Source of the DNA: a virus
Lineage: Duplodnaviria > Caudoviricetes
Reading direction: 5' to 3' (one strand)
Virus record (IMG/VR): IMGVR_UViG_3300034126_000032
Span: 1-55,128 of that record
Length of the DNA: 55,128 nt
Shown here: positions 26,591-34,130 of the stretch, one piece after another
How the letters are laid out: each line of letters opens with the position of its first letter
Position numbering within the stretch: position 1 is the stretch's first letter
The notes under the pieces: generated by a model
What the model saw: the letters and a program-made list of their open reading frames with translations, nothing else
What the model was told of the DNA's origin: nothing
The model's database searches: none
Position numbers and translations under genes: made by a program

Positions 26591-27864
26591 TTCTTCTGCA
26601 TGGCGGCCACCAGGCCGTCGACCATGCGTGACGTTTGCTGCTCCTTGCGGCGAATGTTCGCGACGATCTGCGTTTCCAGCTGGGAGACGACGACGTGCGC
26701 GTCGACGGGCCGGGGCTGGCCGTACCGCCAGCAGCGGCGGATGGCCTGGTAGTAGGACTCCCAGCTGTCGCCGAGGCCGACGAACACCATCCGGGCGCAG
26801 TGCTGGAAGTTCATGCCCTGCGATGCGATCGAGGGTTTAGTAACCAGGTACGGGATCTGGCCGTCGGCGAACGCGAGCAGCGCGTCCGCTTTTGCTTCCG
26901 GCTGCCACGACCCGGATACGTTCACCGCCCCCGGCAACGCCCGGGCGAGCTCGTCCGCCTCGTCGTTGAGCCCAGCCCAGATCAGCCACGGCTCGTCCGG
27001 TTCGGTTTTGACAAGGTCCACGGCCTGATCCACACGGGCAGCCAGGGTTTGCCGGCGCACTTGCGCCCGGCCGCCGATGCCGCCGATGTCCGCCCGGAAC
27101 AGCTGCCCGTCGGGTGCTTCGATGTGTGAGTGGACGACGTGCTGGTGGATCGTCAGTGGCGGCAGGGCGTATCCGCCGTCCGGTCGACCGACGTCCGACG
27201 GTCGTCGGAGCGCGACCGCCCATGACGTCATCCATTCGTACATCGGCCCTGCGGCGTGGCCCTTCAACCGCCATCCCTGGTCGTCGTGGATGAAGTAGGC
27301 GGCGAGCATCTCCGCCCGGGGCATCACTCCGAGGAATTCGGCCTGGCTGGTCAACTCTTCCGGGTCGTTCGGTGCCGGTGTGGCCGTGCATGTGAGGCGG
27401 GCGCGTACCCCGGCGAAGTGCTTGATCAGCGCGGTGCGGGTTTTACCGTCGGACTGTTTCAGGATGGATGCTTCGTCGAGGACTACCGCGTCGACGTCGG
27501 CTGGGTCGAAGTGGCTGATCATCTCGTAGTTGGTGACGGTGATCCCGTGCCGCATGTCTGTGCCGGTGCGCGCGTACCTGGCTTCGATGCCGAGTTTCGC
27601 TGCCTCTCTGACGGTTTGCCGGCACACGGCGAGTGGGGCCACGATCAGGGATCGGATACCGGATAGGCGTGCCCATTCGAGTTGCATCCAGGTTTTGCCG
27701 AGGCCGGTGTCTGCCCAGATCGCTGCCCGTCCTGTGCGGACAGCCCATTCGACGATGCGGGTTTGCCAGTCGTGCAGCATCGGGTTGACTGCGCCGGGGT
27801 AGAGGTCGAATCCGGAGATGTCGGAGTGTCTCCGTTTGTGTGCGATGAACTGCGCGTAGTTCAT
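26575..27864 (-). CDS. SNF2-like/DExD helicase
   Basis: DTGLGKT Walker A, LDEASILK, TATPAPND, GMNFQ, QAIRRCWRYGQ. Confidence 0.9.
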   Translation of the reverse strand: MNYAQFIAHKRRHSDISGFDLYPGAVNPMLHDWQTRIVEWAVRTGRAAIWADTGLGKTWMQLEWARLSGIRSLIVAPLAVCRQTVREAAKLGIEARYARTGTDMRHGITVTNYEMISHFDPADVDAVVLDEASILKQSDGKTRTALIKHFAGVRARLTCTATPAPNDPEELTSQAEFLGVMPRAEMLAAYFIHDDQGWRLKGHAAGPMYEWMTSWAVALRRPSDVGRPDGGYALPPLTIHQHVVHSHIEAPDGQLFRADIGGIGGRAQVRRQTLAARVDQAVDLVKTEPDEPWLIWAGLNDEADELARALPGAVNVSGSWQPEAKADALLAFADGQIPYLVTKPSIASQGMNFQHCARMVFVGLGDSWESYYQAIRRCWRYGQPRPVDAHVVVSQLETQIVANIRRKEQQTSRMVDGLVAAMQKKWRTS

Positions 27865-28049
27865 CGGGTGGTGGTGGTGGTGCCGTTGTGGAAGGGATGC
27901 CGCTGCTGATCGCGGATCTCCTGCTCACGGATGGTGCGGAGGGCGTCGACAACGACACGGGACAGCGAGTCACGGTCACGCCAAGCGCAACTTTTGGCCC
28001 ATTCCCATATGTCGGTGTCGACGTCCCGTACGTACAACGTGATCTTCAT
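27861..28049 (-). CDS. Ribbon-helix-helix DNA-binding protein (leaderless)
   Basis: MKITLYVRD..W..AK....SLSRVVVDAL; TATACT -10 six nt upstream of ATG. Confidence 0.6.
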   Translation of the reverse strand: MKITLYVRDVDTDIWEWAKSCAWRDRDSLSRVVVDALRTIREQEIRDQQRHPFHNGTTTTTR

Positions 28050-28078
28050 ACGTACAGTATACCACCACAGTACGTAGG

Positions 28079-28294
28079 TTAGCCCTCCCCTGCCGCCATC
28101 TTCCGCACATCCGGCTGATCAGCCACCGGCAGGGTGTGCCGGGCATCCCCCACCAACCCCAGCAACCCGCACCGGGCACACACCCGCCACCCCCGATGAT
28201 CCGCGTGCGGGTAATCCGGGTCCACCACGAACAGGTGCGCCGGCACCTTCGACCTGCCAGGTCCTGGCGGCATCAGATCGACCCCGTCCCACAC
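28079..28294 (-). CDS. Small hypothetical Zn-binding protein
   Basis: H...CARCG...H; start probably 28273. Confidence 0.5.
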   Translation of the reverse strand: MWDGVDLMPPGPGRSKVPAHLFVVDPDYPHADHRGWRVCARCGLLGLVGDARHTLPVADQPDVRKMAAGEG

Positions 28295-28636
28295 GTGAAA
28301 TCCGGTAGCACCGGACTACCATCCAACCGCCCGAACAAGTGCAGCACATGCTCGTGAATATTCACATGCTTGACGGGTGGGGCGAACACCTGATAAGCCC
28401 ACCCATCCGCGAACACCGCCGTGTGCAACAACTTCAAATCGGCGTAATCCGGCACCCGGCCCCGCCTAGCCATCGACGCATGAACCCACTCAGCATCGTC
28501 GAAGTCTGCGCAGGTCAGGATGATGTGCCCGTCGCCTCTCAGGTCGGAGAACCGCCACCCGTTCGGGCCGAACGGGTGGCGCGGACCATACGGTGCGGCC
28601 TAACCGTCGCCGGATACCAAGCGCGTCGAGGTTCAC
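28273..28636 (-). pseudogene. Conserved phage protein split by an apparent frameshift near 28580
   Basis: GTG 28636 frame gives VNLDALGIRRRLGRTVWSA; +1 frame continues HPFGPNGW...WVHASMA...PDYADL...HVNIHEHVLHL with no own start. Confidence 0.5.
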
Positions 28637-28881
28637 CGCCGGCCTTCCAACACGTCCAGGCCGCGTTGGGTTAACCGCCACAACCGGTGACCCGGCTCCT
28701 GATACACCCACCCGGCCCGGGCCATCTGCCGTACCGCATCGGCCACCCGTACCGGTTTCCCGTCGCCGTAGTCCAGCGTCGGAACACCCAGCCAATCGTC
28801 GGTGACCAACAGCCCGCGCACGTCGCCGAGCAACGCCAGCCGGGTTGGTGTCGGATACAAGGGAACCGGCCCGCCCATCAC
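28633..28881 (-). CDS. Hypothetical (wHTH-like) protein
   Basis: AGWV...WRLTQRGLDVL; coupled overlaps. Confidence 0.6.
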   Translation of the reverse strand: MMGGPVPLYPTPTRLALLGDVRGLLVTDDWLGVPTLDYGDGKPVRVADAVRQMARAGWVYQEPGHRLWRLTQRGLDVLEGRR

Positions 28882-29375
28882 CGGTTTCCTCCGAACCTGA
28901 GTAGGTCGGTGCGGCCACGCTTGATCAGGTACTCAACGCCTGCACGAACCGCCTCATCGGTCGCGTGGACACCGTTGAACAGAGGCCGCTCTGCCTTGAT
29001 GGCGTCCCTTTCAGCAGCGGACGCAGTATCCCGGTCAGGCAGCCACTCAACCTCCTCACGTGCAACGAAGTCGGTCCACGCCGAGTGGCGGTGATGACTC
29101 TGGCTACGAGTGCTCGGGTTGTTAGAGATACCGACGTACAGCAGGACCCCATCGGTATCGAAGTGCCGATACAAGGCCACCCTCTCGACTACCTTCTTGA
29201 CGATGACCGGTCGTGTTCCGTAGGCGATGGGTCCGCAGTTCGGCTGGACCTTGCCAGTTCCGAGTAGGCCTCTTAGTTGCGCCTGTGCCGCGTCGCTGAG
29301 CGGCGGCCATCCACCGACGATCTTTTTGGCGTACTCCCTGTATGCGGGTGACACCCGGACATCCTCGCCCATCAC
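28878..29375 (-). CDS. GIY-YIG nuclease family protein
   Basis: ALYRHFDTDGVLLYVGIS..P..R..H, AERDAIKAERPLFN. Confidence 0.85.
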   Translation of the reverse strand: MMGEDVRVSPAYREYAKKIVGGWPPLSDAAQAQLRGLLGTGKVQPNCGPIAYGTRPVIVKKVVERVALYRHFDTDGVLLYVGISNNPSTRSQSHHRHSAWTDFVAREEVEWLPDRDTASAAERDAIKAERPLFNGVHATDEAVRAGVEYLIKRGRTDLLRFGGNR

Positions 29376-29632
29376 CGGTCGACCTCGGCGGCAACAGGGA
29401 TTACCTCATAGGATGCGGGCACAGGCGGGACAAACCGGACCTCAGCCGTGATAGACCCGTCGACCCTGAACGCGTGGCGGCTCTTCGGGTCGTCACCGAC
29501 CCAGTCCGCCGCCTGGTCTGGGTGGGCGAACGCCCGGATCGGCCATTCGCTGTCGTGGATACCGATCCAGATTTCCGGCGGCCAGTTCAGCTTCCGGCCG
29601 TGAGAACATGCCCCGACGTGATCGGCCATCAC
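29372..29632 (-). CDS. Hypothetical protein
   Basis: GTGA overlaps in operon. Confidence 0.55.
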   Translation of the reverse strand: MMADHVGACSHGRKLNWPPEIWIGIHDSEWPIRAFAHPDQAADWVGDDPKSRHAFRVDGSITAEVRFVPPVPASYEVIPVAAEVDR

Positions 29633-30135
29633 CGGTGGTCCTCGGCGTAGTCGGAGTTCGGGGCCAGCAACTCGTCAAGGGTCCGCTCACCAATCGCCTC
29701 GAACACAATCTGGGCCTCATGGGTCGGCCGGATGCTCAACGACCCGGCCACACCACCAGCACGCACAGCAACCCCCCGGATGATCTCACCAGTCGTCTTA
29801 TCAACCGCGTTGTTACCGTTGATGATCGCTTCGTCCAGGAGCCGGTTCCGGAACACCAGGCGAACCTGTTCCACCGTTACCACCTGATCCGGATACCGGT
29901 CCGTCACCCACTCCAACAACGCAACCTCGTTGGAGACGTACACGGCCTCCTTCGACACACCGAGGCTGATGGTGGCCATGTCCGGGATCCGCCACGTCGG
30001 CGCCGACCCTTCCCGCTCAAGCTCGGCACGGGCCTCTGTCGTCAACTCATTCCGGTACACCAGGGCCCGTGCGGTAGCCGCCGCGGCCACACCCTCCAGG
30101 CGCAACACTTCGGTCAAACGGTCAGTACGATTCAT
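29629..30135 (-). CDS. Hypothetical protein, Gam/Gp157-like neighbour of recombinase
   Basis: ALLEWV..YPD, VDKTTGEIIRGV motifs; ATGA overlap. Confidence 0.6.
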   Translation of the reverse strand: MNRTDRLTEVLRLEGVAAAATARALVYRNELTTEARAELEREGSAPTWRIPDMATISLGVSKEAVYVSNEVALLEWVTDRYPDQVVTVEQVRLVFRNRLLDEAIINGNNAVDKTTGEIIRGVAVRAGGVAGSLSIRPTHEAQIVFEAIGERTLDELLAPNSDYAEDHR

Positions 30136-31028
30136 GCGCTTTCCTCTGCTGGTTGTTCGGGGGCGATTTCCGTGACGCGTTCCCGCCATGTCACCCCGAT
30201 GGCCGCCCACTGAATCTCGGTCAGCCGCCCCGCCTTACCCGCCGCCGCGGCCGCCGCCCACACCGCGGTCAACGCCGGCTTGTCAGCGGCGTCCAAAATC
30301 TGGTTGATCAACACGTCGTAGGTGGACAGGTCAGGTTTCTCCCCATCGTCCAACCACGCCTTGAACACCTCCGCGAACGCTGCGCCCGGCTTCAGCACAA
30401 TCTCACCGGACAACGCCGGACAGCGGGATTTGACTACGGTCAGCTCATTCGCCAGGTCCATCGACGCGACCACGTCGAACTCGTACTCCAAGCCTTCCCG
30501 CTGCTCCGCCTTCGTCCCGACCTTCAACATCTGCCGCTTCCCCCGGCTGTTCTCCCCTTCCACCCAGTCCGTCTTGACTCGCAGGGTGCAGACCACATGC
30601 CCCGGGTAGGCGAGCAAAGCTTCCACCATCTGCCGTTCGACCGGGCGCATCTCCTTCCACCCGGACATGCCATGCCCGCCGGCCCGTTTCGCAGCCTTGT
30701 CAACCTGTTCGAGCATGCCGTCGGTGCCCATCCAGAAGTGGGAGAGGGAGTCGACGACGATCACGTCGTACCCTTCCTGGCCGGCGGCGGTGAGGGCGTC
30801 GATGAGGATTTGCGGGGAGTACCGGTGCAACCCGAGAGTGTCGAAGGCGAACAGGTCAGCGTACTTAGATGCGGATCCGTGTTCGGTGTCGATCACGGCG
30901 ATCCGCTCACCGAGCGTGGTGGCAATGGTCAGGGCTGTGAACGTTTTCCCGGCCCCGCTCGGCCCGTCGATGGCGATGCGACCCTTGGCTGCCTTTTTCG
31001 TGGCTTTGGTGAAGGTGAGCGCGCTCAT
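30132..31028 (-). CDS. Sak4-like AAA ATPase (AAA_24) recombination protein
   Basis: GPSGAGKT, IDTEHGS, VVDSLSHFW, YEFD. Confidence 0.85.
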   Translation of the reverse strand: MSALTFTKATKKAAKGRIAIDGPSGAGKTFTALTIATTLGERIAVIDTEHGSASKYADLFAFDTLGLHRYSPQILIDALTAAGQEGYDVIVVDSLSHFWMGTDGMLEQVDKAAKRAGGHGMSGWKEMRPVERQMVEALLAYPGHVVCTLRVKTDWVEGENSRGKRQMLKVGTKAEQREGLEYEFDVVASMDLANELTVVKSRCPALSGEIVLKPGAAFAEVFKAWLDDGEKPDLSTYDVLINQILDAADKPALTAVWAAAAAAGKAGRLTEIQWAAIGVTWRERVTEIAPEQPAEESA

Positions 31029-31297
31029 CGACCGGCCTCCGGTGCTTGCAGTGGTGATGGTTCGGCGACCTCGAACTGTTCCGCCCAGGCGAGATCTTGC
31101 TGCTCACCACGCACGATCGACGTTGCGGCGAGGGCGTGTCGGATGCACTGCACCGCGGTGGTGTCGTCGGCGGAGAACTGGGCGGCGCCTTCGACAGCGC
31201 CGATCAGGGCGTTGTTGAGCTGTGCCGGTGTGTGCTGGTTGCGGAATCGTTCGACGAAGAACGCGACGGTTCCGTATGGGTGGGTGCTGCTGGTCAC
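31025..31297 (-). CDS. Hypothetical protein, first gene of early operon
   Basis: AGGAGG RBS. Confidence 0.6.
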   Translation of the reverse strand: MTSSTHPYGTVAFFVERFRNQHTPAQLNNALIGAVEGAAQFSADDTTAVQCIRHALAATSIVRGEQQDLAWAEQFEVAEPSPLQAPEAGR

Positions 31298-31330
31298 GGT
31301 GTCTGCCTCCTGTGGTGGTTGCCAGGTACT

Positions 31331-31359
31331 ACGTTACCGCCATGACTGCGAGGTGTCAA
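31331..31359 (-). promoter_or_regulatory. Early leftward sigma70 promoter
   Basis: TTGACA-17nt-TAACGT on minus strand. Confidence 0.75.
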
Positions 31360-31461
31360 GGGTGAGACGGGTAGAGGATGATCGTTACGGGACTAGGCAC
31401 CTTACCGTCAGGACTGTAAGGTACGTTCCCAGGACACCCAGAACACCCAGCAGAGGACACC

Positions 31462-32160
31462 GTGAGCCACTACTACCACCACCCAGACCCACCAGACCCC
31501 GACCCCCTATGGACCCACCCCGACAGCCCACACTGGGAAACCCCCCAAGAACCCACCCCGAAACCCTACGACAACCGCATCTGGTGGTTCATCATCGCGT
31601 TGGGCGCACCCATGCTCCTCTGCTCAGGCCTACTCCTGACGGTGTTCGCCTCCGACGACAAACCCCAACCAGCCGCCACAGCACCAGCCGCACCGGCAGC
31701 AACCGCACCGGCAGCTTCCACCCCAGCCACAGACCCATCCCCCACCACCTACAAGATCGGCAAACCCTTCCGATCCGGCGACATCCAATACACCATCCAC
31801 GGCGCTAAAACCAGCGCCACCAAGACTGACGGGCTGACCGCAGGGGAACCCCAAGGCCAATACACCCGGATAGACATCACCATCAAAAACATGAGCACCC
31901 GGCCCATATCCTTCGACACGAACAACTTGATTCGTGTAGAGGACAAGGACGGCCGCCAGTTCAACTCCGATGCTGCCGCCAACCTCGCCGGCAACCAAGG
32001 AGGGACCGGTTGGCCTGCGGGGATCAACCCCGGCAACCAGGCTAGGGTCACCGTTTACTTCGACATGCCTACGGACGTCAAGGCCATACGTATGGTGGTC
32101 AGCGCCGGGACGACCGCGTTTAAAACCGACGCGATCGTCCCCCTCGAGGCTGACCGGTGA
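31462..32160 (+). CDS. DUF4352 (Mpr-like) membrane-anchored protein
   Basis: Pro-rich N-terminus, single TM, DGRQF, INPGN....VYFDMP. Confidence 0.8.
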   Translation: MSHYYHHPDPPDPDPLWTHPDSPHWETPQEPTPKPYDNRIWWFIIALGAPMLLCSGLLLTVFASDDKPQPAATAPAAPAATAPAASTPATDPSPTTYKIGKPFRSGDIQYTIHGAKTSATKTDGLTAGEPQGQYTRIDITIKNMSTRPISFDTNNLIRVEDKDGRQFNSDAAANLAGNQGGTGWPAGINPGNQARVTVYFDMPTDVKAIRMVVSAGTTAFKTDAIVPLEADR

Positions 32161-32528
32161 CCCAACTGCTGCTATACCACTACACCTGCGACTACGGGCG
32201 CAAGGGCATCACCGAAGACCAGGCTTTGCGCGGCAACCCGCACCCGTTCCTTCCCGACGCAGGGCCGATAATCTGGCTCACCGACCTGGACGCCCCCGAC
32301 GTCGCTGCGCTCGGCCTGACCGGGCAGACGATCAGCTGTGACCGGACAAGATACCGGTTCGTGGTGGAAACCGATCGTGCGTTGCACTGGCCGAGGGCCG
32401 CTCGTGTGCTTTGCACCCCGGCGGTACGGCGCGCATTCGACTGGGCGCCCGGTGCGATGCCGATGCACTGGTGGGTTGTTATCGGCCCGGAACTGCTCCC
32501 TCTGGCTACTTCCCCGCCAGTGCTGTAA
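32157..32528 (+). CDS. Hypothetical protein, possible ADP-ribosyltransferase-like fold
   Basis: LLYHYT....GI...L...WLT pattern. Confidence 0.5.
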   Translation: MTQLLLYHYTCDYGRKGITEDQALRGNPHPFLPDAGPIIWLTDLDAPDVAALGLTGQTISCDRTRYRFVVETDRALHWPRAARVLCTPAVRRAFDWAPGAMPMHWWVVIGPELLPLATSPPVL

Positions 32529-32572
32529 GGTCCGGTAGGATGTTGACCCGAGCAGGAAGAGAGAAAAAACCC

Positions 32573-33214
32573 GTGAGCAGGACTTTCCACACGATGGTCA
32601 CCGCCCTGGCAGGTGTGGCCGGGGCTGTGGCACTGGCAGCCCCAGCCGCGGCCACCGGCGGTGGGGCACCAGTCCCGCCCCCACCGCCCCCACCACCGGC
32701 AGTCGCCCCGGCCGCCCCGGCCCCTGGTGCCGGTCCGCACCTGACGATCCCCGGCGCAGGGCAGGTCAACAAACCAGGTGCTGGTAACGACAGCCCGGAC
32801 TGCGACCTGGGCCACGACCCGGCTTGCAGGCCCGGCAGTCACAAGCCGGGCGGTAACACCCCCGGTGGTCACAAGCCGGGCGGTAACCGGCCTGGTGGTA
32901 ACCCTGGTGGTAACCAGCCGGGAGACGACAACCCCGGTGACGACACCGCACCGAGCACCGCACCCAGCACCGAACCAGCCGACACCAGCCCCGCCGACAA
33001 CACCACCCCGAGCAGCAGCCCCGCCGACAACACCACCCCGACAGACACCAACCCTGTCGGGAACACCGACAACCAAACCCCGGTCACCGGCGCCCTGCCG
33101 AAAACCGGCCCCGGAGAAATCTTCACCATGATCGGTCTGGGACTGCTCATGGCCATGGCCGGTGCGGCAGCCCTCATCACGGTCCGCCGCCGCAAGACCA
33201 CCTTCATCGCATAA
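32573..33214 (+). CDS. LPXTG cell-wall-anchored surface protein
   Basis: Signal peptide, PGG/PADNTT repeats, LPKTG + TM + RRRK. Confidence 0.8.
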   Translation: MSRTFHTMVTALAGVAGAVALAAPAAATGGGAPVPPPPPPPPAVAPAAPAPGAGPHLTIPGAGQVNKPGAGNDSPDCDLGHDPACRPGSHKPGGNTPGGHKPGGNRPGGNPGGNQPGDDNPGDDTAPSTAPSTEPADTSPADNTTPSSSPADNTTPTDTNPVGNTDNQTPVTGALPKTGPGEIFTMIGLGLLMAMAGAAALITVRRRKTTFIA

Positions 33215-33404
33215 CCTGAAACCAGCGGCCCCTGCCACCGGATCTCCGCCGGCAGGGGCGGTCCCGCCGGGCCCGCCTAGCCACCCTCGGACGCCTCCCC
33301 GTCCCCCCTGGGTGCCATGGGCGGGCCTGGTGCACTCCCAGGCCTCCCCGGATGGAATGTCCTCCTGGTTTCTAGTCGGGGGGCACTGAAGCTACGATGG
33401 CATC

Positions 33405-34130
33405 ATGTCAACCGGCCACGGCACCCGGGTTCTGCTGGGCAAGGACTACAACCCCGGCCAAGCCCGGTGGTGCGAGCAGCATGAACGCCTCGAATGCACC
33501 AAAAGCCGGAGAAACATCCCAGGACCATGCCACCAGATCGCCATCAAAGGAACCAACGCGTGCAGAACCCACGTCGGATACAGCCTCGACGTAGCCACAG
33601 CAAAAGGTGAATCCGTGGTCACCGCCTGGTGTGCACTAGGCAAACCAGCCACCGGCGAAACCATCGACTCAGGCATGGCCGTCCTCGGCATGCTCCACAT
33701 GACCTGGCTCCGGGCCGCCGCATACGGTGAACTCCTCCGCCAACAAGTAGCCAAAGAAACCCCACTAGAACCAGACCGTGAAGGACTCGGCCCCGGCACC
33801 GCGGTAACCCCATCCGGGCTCATCGGCTACCAGTACAGTGCCGCCGGCGCTGAGGGCACCATCTTCGCCACCTCAGAGAACATCCGCGCCCTGGTCATCC
33901 TCGAAGCAGCAGAGAGGGACCGGGTAGTCCGGTTCGCGAAAGTCGCCCACGATATGGGTATCAGTGAGCGGCTGACCAACTTGGCTGAGCGGTGGGGGGA
34001 TGTGGTCGTCACCCACCTGATGACCATGCTCGACTCGCTAGAGCTCACCCCGGAGCAACAGGCCCAGGTACCCGCGCTGATCCAAGTCCACTTCTCCCAA
34101 ATCGACATAGGCGCAACTGGAGTTAAATAG
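33405..34130 (+). CDS. Putative terminase small subunit
   Basis: N-terminal C/H cluster (C..C...CRTH), AHDMGISER; directly upstream of TerL. Confidence 0.6.
   Translation: MSTGHGTRVLLGKDYNPGQARWCEQHERLECTKSRRNIPGPCHQIAIKGTNACRTHVGYSLDVATAKGESVVTAWCALGKPATGETIDSGMAVLGMLHMTWLRAAAYGELLRQQVAKETPLEPDREGLGPGTAVTPSGLIGYQYSAAGAEGTIFATSENIRALVILEAAERDRVVRFAKVAHDMGISERLTNLAERWGDVVVTHLMTMLDSLELTPEQQAQVPALIQVHFSQIDIGATGVK

Noticed and set aside
30153-31808. 551-aa plus-strand ORF
   Set aside because: Shadow of the ATPase and off-frame overlap with the DUF4352 gene; no motifs
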